A stretch of 63,395 nucleotides of DNA, filler included, from a bacterium (GTDB lineage Bacteria; JAJRZV01), in assembly GCA_024275095.1 (NCBI GenBank). It is 5 parts of 5 records of this genome, joined end to end, with 100 filler letters (N's around TTAATTAATTAA, not from the genome) between each part and the next. Parts side by side here need not be neighbours in the genome. Positions count along the whole stretch, not along the records: positions 1 to 17,225 come from JAJRZV010000078.1; positions 17,326 to 28,621 come from JAJRZV010000079.1; 3 more parts are not named here. The stretch is one strand, 5' to 3'. The notes beneath the pieces were generated by a model. The model did not search any database, was not told where the DNA came from, and saw nothing but the letters and a program-made list of their open reading frames with translations. The translations under genes were made by a program, and so were the position numbers. Every line of letters begins with the position of its first letter. Positions within the stretch are counted from its first letter, which is position 1. This document shows positions 11,864 through 22,356 of this stretch, piece after piece.

Positions 11864-12916
11864 TCACGACATAAGGCGCATGATGTCATTGTAAAAGGCA
11901 AGAATAAACAAACTGACAAAGATGATAACACCCACGATTTGAACGGCTGTACGGAAACGTTCACCCATCGGTCTGCCGATCATCCCTTCAAAGAAAAACA
12001 CAATTCCAAGAAATCCATCCAGTGGTGGAATAGGGAGGAGGTTGAAAAGTCCGATCATTATGCTGATCGCAGCCATAAAGTAAAAATAAGAAACCAGTCC
12101 ACTACGGAACGAATCACTGGCCATCTTCCCAATGGCAATCGGGCCGCCTATCTGCTTATACGCTTCCTTATTCGTAAAAAGTTTACCCAGAGAATCAAAC
12201 ACGATCCGGACAATATTTCCACACATGCGTACTGCCTCTCCAACGGAGGCGACAAATCCGGGCTTAATGTGGATCAGGTGTTTTTCATCTGCCTTGATGC
12301 CCACCATCCACCGGTCGAGATATATACCCTTATCCACTTCCTCAGAGACTTTCTTAGGAGTTATGGTAACGGTTAATGTTTTTTCACCCCGTTTTATGGT
12401 GAAAACAAGAGGTGCTCCTTTAGAGCTGTTAACAAGTCCAGGAATATCAGACCAGTAATGAACGGGTTTACCATTAATGGAAAGGATAATATCACCTGCT
12501 TTTAACTCAGCCTTTTCGGCAGGAGAATCTTTCAGCACTTCTCCCACAACAGGTTTGTAATCATACGTCCCTTTCCACAACACAAGTGCCCATATAACGA
12601 TGAAACCAAGAACAAGATTAAAGCCCGTTCCCATCAGGGCCATCAGTGTTTTTTGATACCAGGGATGTCTTTCATAAGGTGTAATAGAAGGGTCCTTACG
12701 GGCATCGTCTTCTTCTGCAAGTTTCACGTATCCACCAACAGGTATTGCTGAAACAGCATATTCGGTGCGCCCTCGCTTGAAAGAAAAAAGAACGGGGCCA
12801 AAACCCAGGGAAAGCCGCAACACGTCCATCCTGAACAACTTGGCCATAAAAAAATGCCCCAATTCGTGCACAAGTATAACAACACCGAAGAGTATTACTG
12901 CTGCAAGATACGGCAT
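11864..12916 (-). CDS. rseP: RIP metalloprotease RseP (M50 with PDZ domain)
   Basis: HELGH, PVGGYV, PDZ domain and NLLPIPPLDG. Confidence 0.95.
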   Translation of the reverse strand: MPYLAAVILFGVVILVHELGHFFMAKLFRMDVLRLSLGFGPVLFSFKRGRTEYAVSAIPVGGYVKLAEEDDARKDPSITPYERHPWYQKTLMALMGTGFNLVLGFIVIWALVLWKGTYDYKPVVGEVLKDSPAEKAELKAGDIILSINGKPVHYWSDIPGLVNSSKGAPLVFTIKRGEKTLTVTITPKKVSEEVDKGIYLDRWMVGIKADEKHLIHIKPGFVASVGEAVRMCGNIVRIVFDSLGKLFTNKEAYKQIGGPIAIGKMASDSFRSGLVSYFYFMAAISIMIGLFNLLPIPPLDGFLGIVFFFEGMIGRPMGERFRTAVQIVGVIIFVSLFILAFYNDIMRLMS

Positions 12917-14079
12917 CAGCTACCCATCGCCCTTATAATAGACTTTGCAGTAATTTCAGCCCATTCGGCTGCATCAAGTACATCCTGTATATCAAACACT
13001 TCAGTGTTTTTATATTCCAGGAGAGTCTGGAACACCACTTTAACAATGCTTGTAAATTTTATTTTCCCTTGAAGAAACGCGGCAACCGCCACGTCATTTG
13101 CGACTGCCATAACAGCAGGGGCTGTACCACCCTCTTCAAGTACGGAATACGCAAGGTTAATTGCAGGATACTTCTTGGAGTCAACAGGCAAGAATTCAAG
13201 AGTCCCCAGTTCTTCAAGATTCAATTTACGCACCATTCTAAAAGGATACCGTTCAGGATAGGAAAGCGCATACAGAATAGGTATACGCATGTCCGGCAAA
13301 AACATTACAGCAACGCTTGAGCCGTCCATCAAATCAACAATAGCGTGTACAACAGATTGGGGATGTACCACCACGCCTATGCGTGAAGGGTCAAGCTGGA
13401 AAAGCCAGTGAGCTTCTATAATTTCAAAACACTTGTTCATCATTGTTGCTGAATCGATGGTGATTTTTTCTCCCATGGACCATACCGGGTGCTGAAGGGC
13501 ATCTTTTACCGTGATATTGTCCAGTTCCTTTAAATCCATATTAAGGAAAGGACCACCGGAAGCTGTAATTACAATACGAGAGATATTTGTGAGAGGCCGA
13601 CCTTCAAGCACCTGAAAAACCGCATTATGCTCACTATCCACAGGAAGAATAAGGGCATCGTTCTTTCCAGCTTCGCGCATAATGATTTCACCCGCCATTA
13701 CCAGGCTCTCCTTGTTTGCAAGTGCAAGGCGCTTGCCAGCACGTACGGCTTCCAGTGCAGGGCGAAGTCCATACCTGCCCACCACAGCACACAAAACAGT
13801 ATCCACGTCATCGAGTGCTGCCAAGGAAATCAAACCCTCTTCTCCCGTGAGAACCTCCACCTTCCGGGTACTGATCCGATCCTTCAGAACAGAAGCGTCC
13901 TCCTCAGAAGCAATGGATACGTACCTGGGCCTGAATTCACGGATTTGTTCCACCAACAGGTCAACATTGCGTCCTGCAGCAAGAGCCACCACCTCGAATT
14001 TTTCGGGAAATGCCCGGACCACGTCAAGGGCCTGCGTACCTACAGAACCCGTTGAGCCCAGGATGCTGAGCTTTTTCAA
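12916..14079 (-). CDS. dxr: 1-deoxy-D-xylulose-5-phosphate reductoisomerase
   Basis: LGSTGSVG, LANKESLV, PVDSEH and TASGGPF motifs. Confidence 0.97.
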   Translation of the reverse strand: MKKLSILGSTGSVGTQALDVVRAFPEKFEVVALAAGRNVDLLVEQIREFRPRYVSIASEEDASVLKDRISTRKVEVLTGEEGLISLAALDDVDTVLCAVVGRYGLRPALEAVRAGKRLALANKESLVMAGEIIMREAGKNDALILPVDSEHNAVFQVLEGRPLTNISRIVITASGGPFLNMDLKELDNITVKDALQHPVWSMGEKITIDSATMMNKCFEIIEAHWLFQLDPSRIGVVVHPQSVVHAIVDLMDGSSVAVMFLPDMRIPILYALSYPERYPFRMVRKLNLEELGTLEFLPVDSKKYPAINLAYSVLEEGGTAPAVMAVANDVAVAAFLQGKIKFTSIVKVVFQTLLEYKNTEVFDIQDVLDAAEWAEITAKSIIRAMGS

Positions 14080-14834
14080 AATAAATACCTCCTGCCGGCC
14101 TTGAGCTGTTCAGAAGTAAGGCCGAAACGCCGTTCTCTCACCGCGTATTCCCGAAGAGCCGCTTCGAAATCTTCTTCTGTCAAATCGGGCCAGAGCACAT
14201 CCGTAAAATAAAACTCTGTATATGCCATCTGCCAGAGCAGGAAATTGCTCACCCGCTGTTCACCCCCCGTGCGTATAAGAAGATCAGGATCGGGAAGGTC
14301 ACACGTGTACAAGTACCTCTGGAAAATTTTGGGTGTCAGTTTATCCACGTTAAGCCATCCCTTCTGGACCTCGCGGACGACTTCTTTTACAGCGTGTACT
14401 ATTTCACTGCGGCCGGAATAACTGAAAGCCAGGGTGAGTACCATGCTTTTATGATTCTCGGTGAGACGTCGCAACTCGCAAATTTCCTTTCTGATGTCTT
14501 CGGGCATGTCCTCATAATCGCCGATCACGTTCAGCTTGATGTCGTGCTCAAGGAGAACTTTTTGCTCTGCCTTCATGTAATCACGCAAAAGTCTCATCAA
14601 CGCGTCAACTTCTTCCTTCGGCCTGTTCCAGTTCTCCTTGGAGAAAGAATAAGCTGTAAAATAACGAATGCCTCGATTCCGTGCATAACGTGTAATTTTC
14701 TTCAAGACCTCAACGCCACGCCTGTGGCCTTCAACGCGTGGAAGATTTCTCCGGCGGGCCCAGCGACCATTGCCGTCCATGATCACAGCCACGTGGGCAG
14801 GAAGTTTGCCCGTGGCCCGTTGTCTGGATTTCAC
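14076..14834 (-). CDS. uppS: undecaprenyl diphosphate synthase
   Basis: HVAVIMDGNGRWA, FSKENW and RTGGEQRVSNFLLWQ. Confidence 0.96.
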   Translation of the reverse strand: MKSRQRATGKLPAHVAVIMDGNGRWARRRNLPRVEGHRRGVEVLKKITRYARNRGIRYFTAYSFSKENWNRPKEEVDALMRLLRDYMKAEQKVLLEHDIKLNVIGDYEDMPEDIRKEICELRRLTENHKSMVLTLAFSYSGRSEIVHAVKEVVREVQKGWLNVDKLTPKIFQRYLYTCDLPDPDLLIRTGGEQRVSNFLLWQMAYTEFYFTDVLWPDLTEEDFEAALREYAVRERRFGLTSEQLKAGRRYLF

Positions 14835-17155
14835 CCTTCATACCTCCTTTTAACCCGCTCCACCTCCCTTTTTACCCTTTTAGCAATGCGTTTTAAACCG
14901 GTGGGGGGAGGCTCCTCTCCAGTATATTCGTAATAGTAGTAGTAATTGTATCCATACGGATGGAGGTCTTTGTATCTGACACGGTTGAAAACAATCCCTC
15001 CTATTGGTGCAGATACATTTTTTAACATGTTAATCGTATTTTCTACTTCAGAAACGCGCGTGCGCCTGGCCTCCACAACCACCAGCACCTGTTCCACCAG
15101 CGAAGAGAGCACCAGCGCGTCAGCCACTGCGAGCACAGGTGGACTATCTATAAACACCATGTCAAACTCCCTTTTCAATTCCTCGATAAATCTTTTCACC
15201 GAATCGGTGTTAAGCAATTCCGTAGGGTTGGGAGGTTTCTCGCCTGCTGTAACAAAGGAGAGATTGTCTGAAAAATGCCGAATTATACCTTCTTTTCCCA
15301 CCTCAGGATCTACGATAAAGTCAGTAAGTCCGGGGGTTCTCTTTACTCCAAATATGCGGTGAACGACGGGCTTGCGAAGGTCACAATCCACCACCACGCT
15401 CTTCAAGCCTGCCACCGCACATGCGTAAGCAATGTTCACAGTCACCGTTGACTTGCCCTCCATTCCTCCGGGAGAAGTGACGAGAAACGAATTCACCGTT
15501 CCCTCTCCGAGATACTTGAGGTTTGTCCGCAGCGTGCGCATGGACTCCAGGAACACGTCCTTTCGTCTGGACTTGATGAGGCACACGTCTCTTCTGCTCA
15601 AACGCTTTCCTCCGCTTACCTCAGAAGCAAGGGGAATAATTCCCAGCACAGGGATGTTCACCCGACCCTGCAGGTCCTCAGGAGTGCGAGCCGTGTCGTC
15701 CAGGTGTTCAGCCAGAAGCACCGCAGTCACACCGAAAAGAAACGCAAGGGCGAAAAACATCATTAACGAGCGACCCACCCGGGGTTCCACGGGTGTACGG
15801 GGGAGAACGGCCGGGTCTATAACACGCGCATTGCCCAGTGTGGCAGCCTTGGCAATACGCGTTTCTTCATGCTTCTGCAACAAATACGTGTAGATTCCTT
15901 CGTTAACCTTTGCCATGCGCTCCAGCCGCGCAAGCCGCCTCTCCGCCTCCGGTAAAGCCCTCAGCTGGGCATCATATCGGGCAATGATACGCGATAAAGA
16001 CTGTTTCTTTTTCCGGATACCGTCACGAACGCCGTTGAGGACATCAACAATTTTCTCCCTGGTCTCACGTATGCGCGCCTGAATATTCTGAACAGCAGGA
16101 TGCGCCTCAGTGTATTCAGCAAGGAGCGCGCCCTTCTGAACCTCGAGGTCCGTGAGACGCTGCAGGAGCGAGTTCACAATGGGGTCATCCACGGAAATTG
16201 AAGAAACAGTCGAAAGCGTGTTGTTTTCACTGTGTGTGAGCGCCTCAAGGAGAGAGTTAACCTCGCGTTCTCTCATTTCAAGCTCTACCTTGCGCATCTC
16301 AAAATCCGAAAGTCTGTCGATGATGTTGCTCACCTCTCCGCTCAACTGCACGTATCCGGTTTTTTCCCTCCAGCGGTCCAGCTGGGACTCAACCATTTCA
16401 AGGCTCGCCCTCGTCCTCTCAATCTGCTTTTCGAGAAACTGGAGCGTCTGAGAGGCTGCCTGTGACCATTTCTCGCGGTTTTTCTGCCGGTACACATCGA
16501 GAAGCGTGTTAACCACGTTCATGGCCCTGACAGGATCGGTATCACGATAGGATATCCAGACAATATTGCTCATTGTGCCTGCTTTTTTTACCTCCAGGTT
16601 GCCGCTGATACGGGGCACAACGTTTTCTACGGGCACCACCCGGATGGAAGCCACGCCCGAAGCTGCCTCGGGCCACTCCAGCTGAAAGCGCATTCCATCT
16701 TTTTGAAACACAACACCATTATGGAGCTCCCACTGCTGATGATCAGGCCCTTTCAACCATGCAGTGTTTCCCTTCCACCGGAGAATGTACGAACCGCCCG
16801 GACGAGTCAGATCAAACGCGTATACTTTGAGGCGAGGATCATCGGGGATCACGTTAAGGTGAAGCCGACGTACGACCTCCGCGATGATGCTGCGTGACTT
16901 GATGATTTCTATTTCCGTATCCACACGCCTGGCCTGTCCCAGGCTGGAAAGGTACCCGAGAAAGTCCCGCTGGCCTACGGGTTCGCCAATTTCAAGTTTC
17001 GCAGAGGCCTGGTAGATCCGTTCGCGCGTAAGTGTGGATACAAGGCCGACAATAAAAATGACAACGAACACGGAGAAAAAATAATGGATGCGACGATTAA
17101 ATATCTGGATAAGTTCCGAGAAGAGCACTTCTTTCTGGGGCCTTGCCTGGGCCAT
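14831..17155 (-). CDS. wzc: polysaccharide co-polymerase / tyrosine autokinase (Wzc family)
   Basis: Two TM segments around a coiled coil, Walker A TSPGGMEGKST, DCDLRKP, IDSPP and a C-terminal Tyr cluster YGYNYYYYYEY. Confidence 0.9.
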   Translation of the reverse strand: MAQARPQKEVLFSELIQIFNRRIHYFFSVFVVIFIVGLVSTLTRERIYQASAKLEIGEPVGQRDFLGYLSSLGQARRVDTEIEIIKSRSIIAEVVRRLHLNVIPDDPRLKVYAFDLTRPGGSYILRWKGNTAWLKGPDHQQWELHNGVVFQKDGMRFQLEWPEAASGVASIRVVPVENVVPRISGNLEVKKAGTMSNIVWISYRDTDPVRAMNVVNTLLDVYRQKNREKWSQAASQTLQFLEKQIERTRASLEMVESQLDRWREKTGYVQLSGEVSNIIDRLSDFEMRKVELEMREREVNSLLEALTHSENNTLSTVSSISVDDPIVNSLLQRLTDLEVQKGALLAEYTEAHPAVQNIQARIRETREKIVDVLNGVRDGIRKKKQSLSRIIARYDAQLRALPEAERRLARLERMAKVNEGIYTYLLQKHEETRIAKAATLGNARVIDPAVLPRTPVEPRVGRSLMMFFALAFLFGVTAVLLAEHLDDTARTPEDLQGRVNIPVLGIIPLASEVSGGKRLSRRDVCLIKSRRKDVFLESMRTLRTNLKYLGEGTVNSFLVTSPGGMEGKSTVTVNIAYACAVAGLKSVVVDCDLRKPVVHRIFGVKRTPGLTDFIVDPEVGKEGIIRHFSDNLSFVTAGEKPPNPTELLNTDSVKRFIEELKREFDMVFIDSPPVLAVADALVLSSLVEQVLVVVEARRTRVSEVENTINMLKNVSAPIGGIVFNRVRYKDLHPYGYNYYYYYEYTGEEPPPTGLKRIAKRVKREVERVKRRYEG

Positions 17156-17156
17156 C

Positions 17157-17225
17157 TCACTTCACCCTTTCCCAGATATAAAGGGAGTTGACCACCGTCT
17201 GGAGTGGTCGAGAAATAAACATGTC
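17157..17225 (-). CDS. C-terminal fragment of the upstream gene, possibly a Wza-like export protein (truncated by contig end)
   Basis: Open frame ...DMFISRPLQTVVNSLYIWERVK* ends 1 bp before the wzc ATG; identity inferred from position only. Confidence 0.35.
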   Translation of the reverse strand, partial: DMFISRPLQTVVNSLYIWERVK

Positions 17226-17325
17226 NNNNNNNNNNNNNNNNNNNNNNNNNNNNNNNNNNNNNNNNNNNNTTAATTAATTAANNNNNNNNNNNNNNNNNNN
17301 NNNNNNNNNNNNNNNNNNNNNNNNN
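17226..17325. other. artificial contig linker
   Basis: N44-TTAATTAATTAA-N44. Confidence 0.98.
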
Positions 17326-17991
17326 CAGGGGTGGCCAGTCTCAATTATTAAAAAAAGTCCGACCTGGGACTTGAACCGTGCAGTGGAATTTGCAAAAGCA
17401 TGTGGTGAGATGAATATCCAGTGGTTGGAAGAACCTTTGGATATGAACGATTACCAGGCTCTTTCAAGACTCAAAAAAGTGTCTCCTGTGCCTATCTCCG
17501 GAGGCGAGCTTAATGCCGGATGGAACGAGATCAAGGTACTCATGGATTATGACTGCTATCACATCTACCAGCCAGACGCCACATTGTGTGGAGGTATCAG
17601 CGATTCACTGAAAATTATGGAAGAATGTCGCAAACGTTCCCTGGGATTTACACCGCATACGTGGACAAACGGCATTGGTTTTTTAATAAACCTTCACCTG
17701 TTCGCAGCCTGGTGGGGTGAAGGACTGCTTGAATATCCCTATGAACCTCCAGGCTGGATACCTGAAGCACGGGATGCAATTTTGCGCTCTCCCATCTACG
17801 TTCAAAACGGAGAGGTAAGCGTACCTCAAACACCCGGTATCGGAATCGAAATAAACAAGAAAACCCTCCGGAAGTATGGTCAACGCTTTTACACTGCCAC
17901 ACCGTTCAGAGTCTCCTTTCAGGTTATTCGTGAGCGCGGGTTGAAAAATGCGCTGGAACTCAAGCGGTTAAGAGAAGAGACAGAAAAATAA
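17326..17991 (+). CDS. mandelate racemase/muconate lactonizing enzyme family (enolase superfamily), 5' truncated
   Basis: WLEEP, ISGGE, YQPD..CGG, PH and PQTPGIG motifs. Confidence 0.85.
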   Translation, partial: QGWPVSIIKKSPTWDLNRAVEFAKACGEMNIQWLEEPLDMNDYQALSRLKKVSPVPISGGELNAGWNEIKVLMDYDCYHIYQPDATLCGGISDSLKIMEECRKRSLGFTPHTWTNGIGFLINLHLFAAWWGEGLLEYPYEPPGWIPEARDAILRSPIYVQNGEVSVPQTPGIGIEINKKTLRKYGQRFYTATPFRVSFQVIRERGLKNALELKRLREETEK

Positions 17992-18087
17992 AATGCCAAT
18001 AGCTCAAATCAAGTTGAGGTTAGAACATTCACTAACCATTCAGTAACATACAGTAACATACAAAAGAAGAGATAAAATTTTACTGGC

Positions 18088-18855
18088 CTACCGGGAAGCA
18101 CCTTTGACATCCTGCATGCCGGAAAATTCCACATATTCAATGTAACTTGGAATCACCTCATCAGGGGACCCGTCCATTTTTATTTCACCCCCCTCCAGCC
18201 ATATCACCCTGTGGCACAACCGCCGTATTTCTTCCATCGAATGTGAAACCAGCACCATTGTAACACCGCGGGAGTGAAACTCCTCAAGTTTTGCCTGACA
18301 TTTTTTCTGAAAGCCCACATCCCCGACAGCGAGCACCTCGTCAATAAGAAGAACATCAGGTTCTACGTCTATTGCAAGAGCAAACGCCAAGCGTGTAAAC
18401 ATGCCTGTTGAATAATTCTTGACAGGCACGTCAATAAAATCTTTCAATTCGGAAAATTCAATTATTCCCTGAACCTTCTCGTCCATCTGGCTTCTTGTCA
18501 ACCCCATGATTGAGCCGTTGAGGTAAATATTTTCACGACCCGTCAACTCAGGATCAAAACCTGCACCCAGTTCCATCAGTGGAACAATTCGCCCCTTCAC
18601 CTTTACCCTCCCAGCGGTGGGTCTTAGAATGCCGGCTATTACTTTAAGAAGAGTCGTCTTACCGGCACCGTTTCTCCCGATAAGCCCGACATATTCACCC
18701 TTTTCTATTTCCAGCGATACATTCTTGAGCGCCCATAATTCTTCGTATCTCAACTGCCTTTTAAGCAGTTTGATGAAATACTCCTTGGCGCTGTAAATCC
18801 GCTCTTTAAAAAGAAAAAACCTGACGGACACGTTTTCGAGTTCTATCACTTTCAT
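18088..18855 (-). CDS. polysaccharide export ABC transporter ATP-binding protein (Wzt/TagH type)
   Basis: GRNGAGKT, GFDPELTGREN, YSTGM and IDEVLAVGD. Confidence 0.9.
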   Translation of the reverse strand: MKVIELENVSVRFFLFKERIYSAKEYFIKLLKRQLRYEELWALKNVSLEIEKGEYVGLIGRNGAGKTTLLKVIAGILRPTAGRVKVKGRIVPLMELGAGFDPELTGRENIYLNGSIMGLTRSQMDEKVQGIIEFSELKDFIDVPVKNYSTGMFTRLAFALAIDVEPDVLLIDEVLAVGDVGFQKKCQAKLEEFHSRGVTMVLVSHSMEEIRRLCHRVIWLEGGEIKMDGSPDEVIPSYIEYVEFSGMQDVKGASR

Positions 18856-19682
18856 TTTCGGGCTTTAGATCGCTGCATGTAATACCTGCGGGCATGGAAA
18901 TAGAGTGCAACGGATGCTGGAAAAATAAATAAGCTGATGAACTGGGAGGTAGAAAGGGGTCCCACAAAGCCTCGAATTTTATCACCACGCAAAAATTCTA
19001 TAAGAAACCTGGTTACACAGTAGTATATGAGCAACAACAACCATATCTGCCATGGAAATTTTCTTCTCTGAAGCATGTAAGAAAGGAAGAGAAAAATAAT
19101 CAGACCATTAAACGAGGAGATCAGTTGCGTAGGGTATATGGGAAGGCTGTGTGGTGCCGAAGGATCGATGAGGTGCTGCGCCACGTGTTGAAAAAACGGT
19201 TTAGAATTTCTCGGGAACTCGATACCGATGAAAAGGAGTGTGGGTTTGCCAAAGCAACAACCATTAAGAAAACATCCTATGCGTGTAAGAACAAGCCCCA
19301 ATCCCACTGAGGGCGCCCCTACATCAAAGTAGGTGGCCGGGTCCAGCCGTTTCTTTCTTAAATAATAAAAGGCTGCCAGGGCTCCTCCAATTAACCCACC
19401 GTAAAGCACGAGCCCGCCCTTCCACACGGCAAATATATCAAGCGGATTACGTGCAAATTCGTGTAGGGTTGTGAGCACGTACAGCAAACGCGCACCGATG
19501 AGAACACCTATCATTACAGCAAGGGTGGTGTTGTAGTACTCATCCCGGGGAAATCCAAATTTTTCACCGCGCCTGGCAGCGATCCACGTACCCAGGATGA
19601 AGGAAAGAGCAAGCATAAATCCATAAGAAAATATGGGAATCTTCAGTCCTCCCAGATGAATGGTAAAAAGAATGGGTCTCAT
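18852..19682 (-). CDS. lgt: prolipoprotein diacylglyceryl transferase
   Basis: SYG, GARLLYV, GGLVLYGG, RIGCFLNGCCFG, PTQ and RFLIEFLRGD. Confidence 0.93.
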   Translation of the reverse strand: MRPILFTIHLGGLKIPIFSYGFMLALSFILGTWIAARRGEKFGFPRDEYYNTTLAVMIGVLIGARLLYVLTTLHEFARNPLDIFAVWKGGLVLYGGLIGGALAAFYYLRKKRLDPATYFDVGAPSVGLGLVLTRIGCFLNGCCFGKPTLLFIGIEFPRNSKPFFQHVAQHLIDPSAPHSLPIYPTQLISSFNGLIIFLFLSYMLQRRKFPWQIWLLLLIYYCVTRFLIEFLRGDKIRGFVGPLSTSQFISLFIFPASVALYFHARRYYMQRSKARK

Positions 19683-20452
19683 GGTTCCATGGCCTCTTTA
19701 AACCATCTGCGTGCGAATTTAATCATTGGAAGAACATGTGCTTCTTTATGGGGTTCACAGGTGATCGTGAGATTTTTAAATCCCGCAAGCTTTCGCAAAT
19801 GTTGTACATAAGGGACCATTCCCCTGCCCGGGGGGAGATGCTGGTCTCTTTCACCGTTATTATCATGCATGTGCATGTGAATGGTATATCTCCCGAGCGC
19901 TGAAAGCCACGCATTCCATTCCACTCGATAAAACAGATTTGCGTGAGCTGGGTCAAAACATATCCAGAGTCTTCCGCGAAAAATCCTGCACAACTTTGAA
20001 AGTGCAACGGGGTCTCTATCGAATACATTTTCAACAACTACGGCTGTTTTTGAAGCATTGGTAATTTCTAGAACTTTTTCTATACTTTCTGCCATAACAT
20101 CCAGCCATTTTTGAACTTTGAAGTCATACCTGTAATCATCGTAAAAGGAGTGAATGACGCACCTGATGGCTCCGAGATCCACTGCTACTTTTACAGCTTT
20201 TTCTATTTTGTATCTTGAAATCTTTAAAACGTCTTTATCCAGTGCCCCCAGGTTAAGGTCCAGGTATGGAGTGTGTACCGTGCATTCCAGTTCATCTTTA
20301 TAGAGAATCTTCAAAAATTTCTTCACGTGTGATGACCTCAATTTTTCAATCGCTTCTGCAGAAACATACAGTTCAGGACCCACACCCAGTTGCTTGAGCC
20401 GACTGCTGTATTTCTCCAAACTAAAAAATGGTACGTTGACAAAAACCTTCAA
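19679..20452 (-). CDS. xylose isomerase-like TIM-barrel metalloprotein (sugar phosphate isomerase/epimerase family)
   Basis: H.P..DLN, VEN, FDPAH, HMHDN.G..D.HL..G.G and E. Confidence 0.8.
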   Translation of the reverse strand: MKVFVNVPFFSLEKYSSRLKQLGVGPELYVSAEAIEKLRSSHVKKFLKILYKDELECTVHTPYLDLNLGALDKDVLKISRYKIEKAVKVAVDLGAIRCVIHSFYDDYRYDFKVQKWLDVMAESIEKVLEITNASKTAVVVENVFDRDPVALSKLCRIFRGRLWICFDPAHANLFYRVEWNAWLSALGRYTIHMHMHDNNGERDQHLPPGRGMVPYVQHLRKLAGFKNLTITCEPHKEAHVLPMIKFARRWFKEAMEP

Positions 20453-22356
20453 CGATGCTTCTCCTTTTGTAATCTCTCCATCTGTGAAATCTCCGCCATT
20501 CTCCTTTTGAGTATCTCAACAACCTTCTTCAAGTTATAATCAACGTATATCCTTACCTGGGAAATCTCAAGTTGTTTTAGATAATAAACAGCTCTCGTAT
20601 ATTCAACAATAGCTCCTTTATAGTCGTGTTTCAGGGCTTTCAAATCGCCATAATGCCAGAAAAAGACGGGTAAATACACGTACCATTGACTGTCTTTAAT
20701 AGATGCTTTCGCGAAGTTCTGAGCTGCAGTGTCCATAATTTTCAAAGCACCATCAATATCTCGCATGGCGCGCAGAGTTTGTTCCATTCCGATATACGCC
20801 TTTACATACCAGGGGGCAAAAGCAGCCGATTTCCTGTAGTGCTCTACCGCTTCAGGCCACATCCGCATTCCTTCCTCTACCTGGGCGAGAAGAATGTTGA
20901 ATGCATAATCATCAGGTCCTCTCTTTACTAACCTGCGCGCACATTCAAGAGCACGGTGGCCGTCGCGAAGACGAACGTAAACTTTACACAGGATCATCCG
21001 GGCCTGAGCGTTCCATGGATTCAGAAGTAAGGTTTTTTTCAATTCCTTTTCCGCTTTTCTGTACTGCTGGCCTTCAAGCAATCTCCCGCTACTAATACCC
21101 AGCACATCTGACAAAAAACACAAAAGAGTTAATATGCCCACAACCCCAAACAATACCCGCCATGCAATGTTTCGATTAATGCGATTTTGATGTTCATCCC
21201 GGTAAAGGCTCAGTCCCAGCACAAATAAAAGTAAAAACCTTGCTGGTGCAGCCATGTACCCCGGAGATAAAGAAGCAACAACAAATCCACCGAGTGCAGA
21301 AATTCCCGCAGCTCTTTGATGTCCCCTGGCTCGTATTCCTGCCATGACTGCACCAATAAATGCCACGGTAAACAACAACAACCCCACGGCTCCAGCCTCC
21401 ACAGCTACATGAAACGCAATCGAACATGCTTCTCTCGGAAGATAAGAATCCGTCTGAAATGCAGGAACAGCCACTTTAAAAGAGCCGGGACCGGCTCCTA
21501 TAACAGGATGTGCCTTTATCGCTGCAAGTGCTCCTTTCCATGCTTTTGTACACTCTTTGAAAGAAGAGGTGAAACCTTCCGCCCGGGCCGTTCTCATCCT
21601 CTCCACAGTGACGTGAAGTCTGGGCTCGGGCAGCATGAACGAGATTCCGATTCCGACTGCGAATACAGCCACCACTGCAAACTTTCTAAGAACAGGGGCC
21701 TCTGCAAATATACACACGGCTAATACACATGCACCGGAAACAATAACAGCCGCAAGAGAACCGGTGAGATGCAACACCATGCCGGCAATAACTATCAGGC
21801 CCATGTATATTGCCACCGTCCATTGAGGCTGTTCTGTAGAAAGCGCCCTTGCTGACAGGAACGGAGTGATGACAGCAAAAATTAATGCAATAGCTTCTGG
21901 TCGATCAAAATTGCCAGAAAAAGTACCCAGGTATTCTACAAACGGAGAACCGGGCTTCCCGGAAATGTACTGATAGAAAATCGTTATTGACATTCCCAGG
22001 AGCAGAAAAGCAAGGGCGGGAAATACACGCGAAGGTTTTATCCTTGTGGCTGCCAGAAAGAAGCTCACCCATATAATGTATTCAATAGTCCCTTTAAAGG
22101 GATCATTCATGCGCGATGCAGATGCTGTCAGTATCGTCCACACGATAAATAATATAAAAAAGTATGTGCTGGCGTGAATTTCGGGCTTACCAATGATAAT
22201 CAAATATACGATGGAAATTGCCACGAGACATGCATAAGCGAACGTGGGCAATTGATTTCCTGTAACGGCCCAGCTTCCTGTCAATAAAATAACAGGGAAA
22301 ATCCAGATATAAACAGCTTCAACGAGACGATTTTCTGGAATTTTTCGATTCCACAT
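20449..22356 (-). CDS. O-antigen ligase (Wzy_C)-like membrane protein with C-terminal TPR repeats
   Basis: Many TM segments, W..A...IK.HPVIGAGPGSF, E.G.VG and a TPR-like tail; start uncertain (overlaps the topA end). Confidence 0.7.
   Translation of the reverse strand: MWNRKIPENRLVEAVYIWIFPVILLTGSWAVTGNQLPTFAYACLVAISIVYLIIIGKPEIHASTYFFILFIVWTILTASASRMNDPFKGTIEYIIWVSFFLAATRIKPSRVFPALAFLLLGMSITIFYQYISGKPGSPFVEYLGTFSGNFDRPEAIALIFAVITPFLSARALSTEQPQWTVAIYMGLIVIAGMVLHLTGSLAAVIVSGACVLAVCIFAEAPVLRKFAVVAVFAVGIGISFMLPEPRLHVTVERMRTARAEGFTSSFKECTKAWKGALAAIKAHPVIGAGPGSFKVAVPAFQTDSYLPREACSIAFHVAVEAGAVGLLLFTVAFIGAVMAGIRARGHQRAAGISALGGFVVASLSPGYMAAPARFLLLFVLGLSLYRDEHQNRINRNIAWRVLFGVVGILTLLCFLSDVLGISSGRLLEGQQYRKAEKELKKTLLLNPWNAQARMILCKVYVRLRDGHRALECARRLVKRGPDDYAFNILLAQVEEGMRMWPEAVEHYRKSAAFAPWYVKAYIGMEQTLRAMRDIDGALKIMDTAAQNFAKASIKDSQWYVYLPVFFWHYGDLKALKHDYKGAIVEYTRAVYYLKQLEISQVRIYVDYNLKKVVEILKRRMAEISQMERLQKEKHR

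Noticed and set aside
18041-18062. CAGTAACATA tandem duplication in an intergenic gap
   Set aside because: Only about two copies with no spacers; not CRISPR, and no function can be supported.
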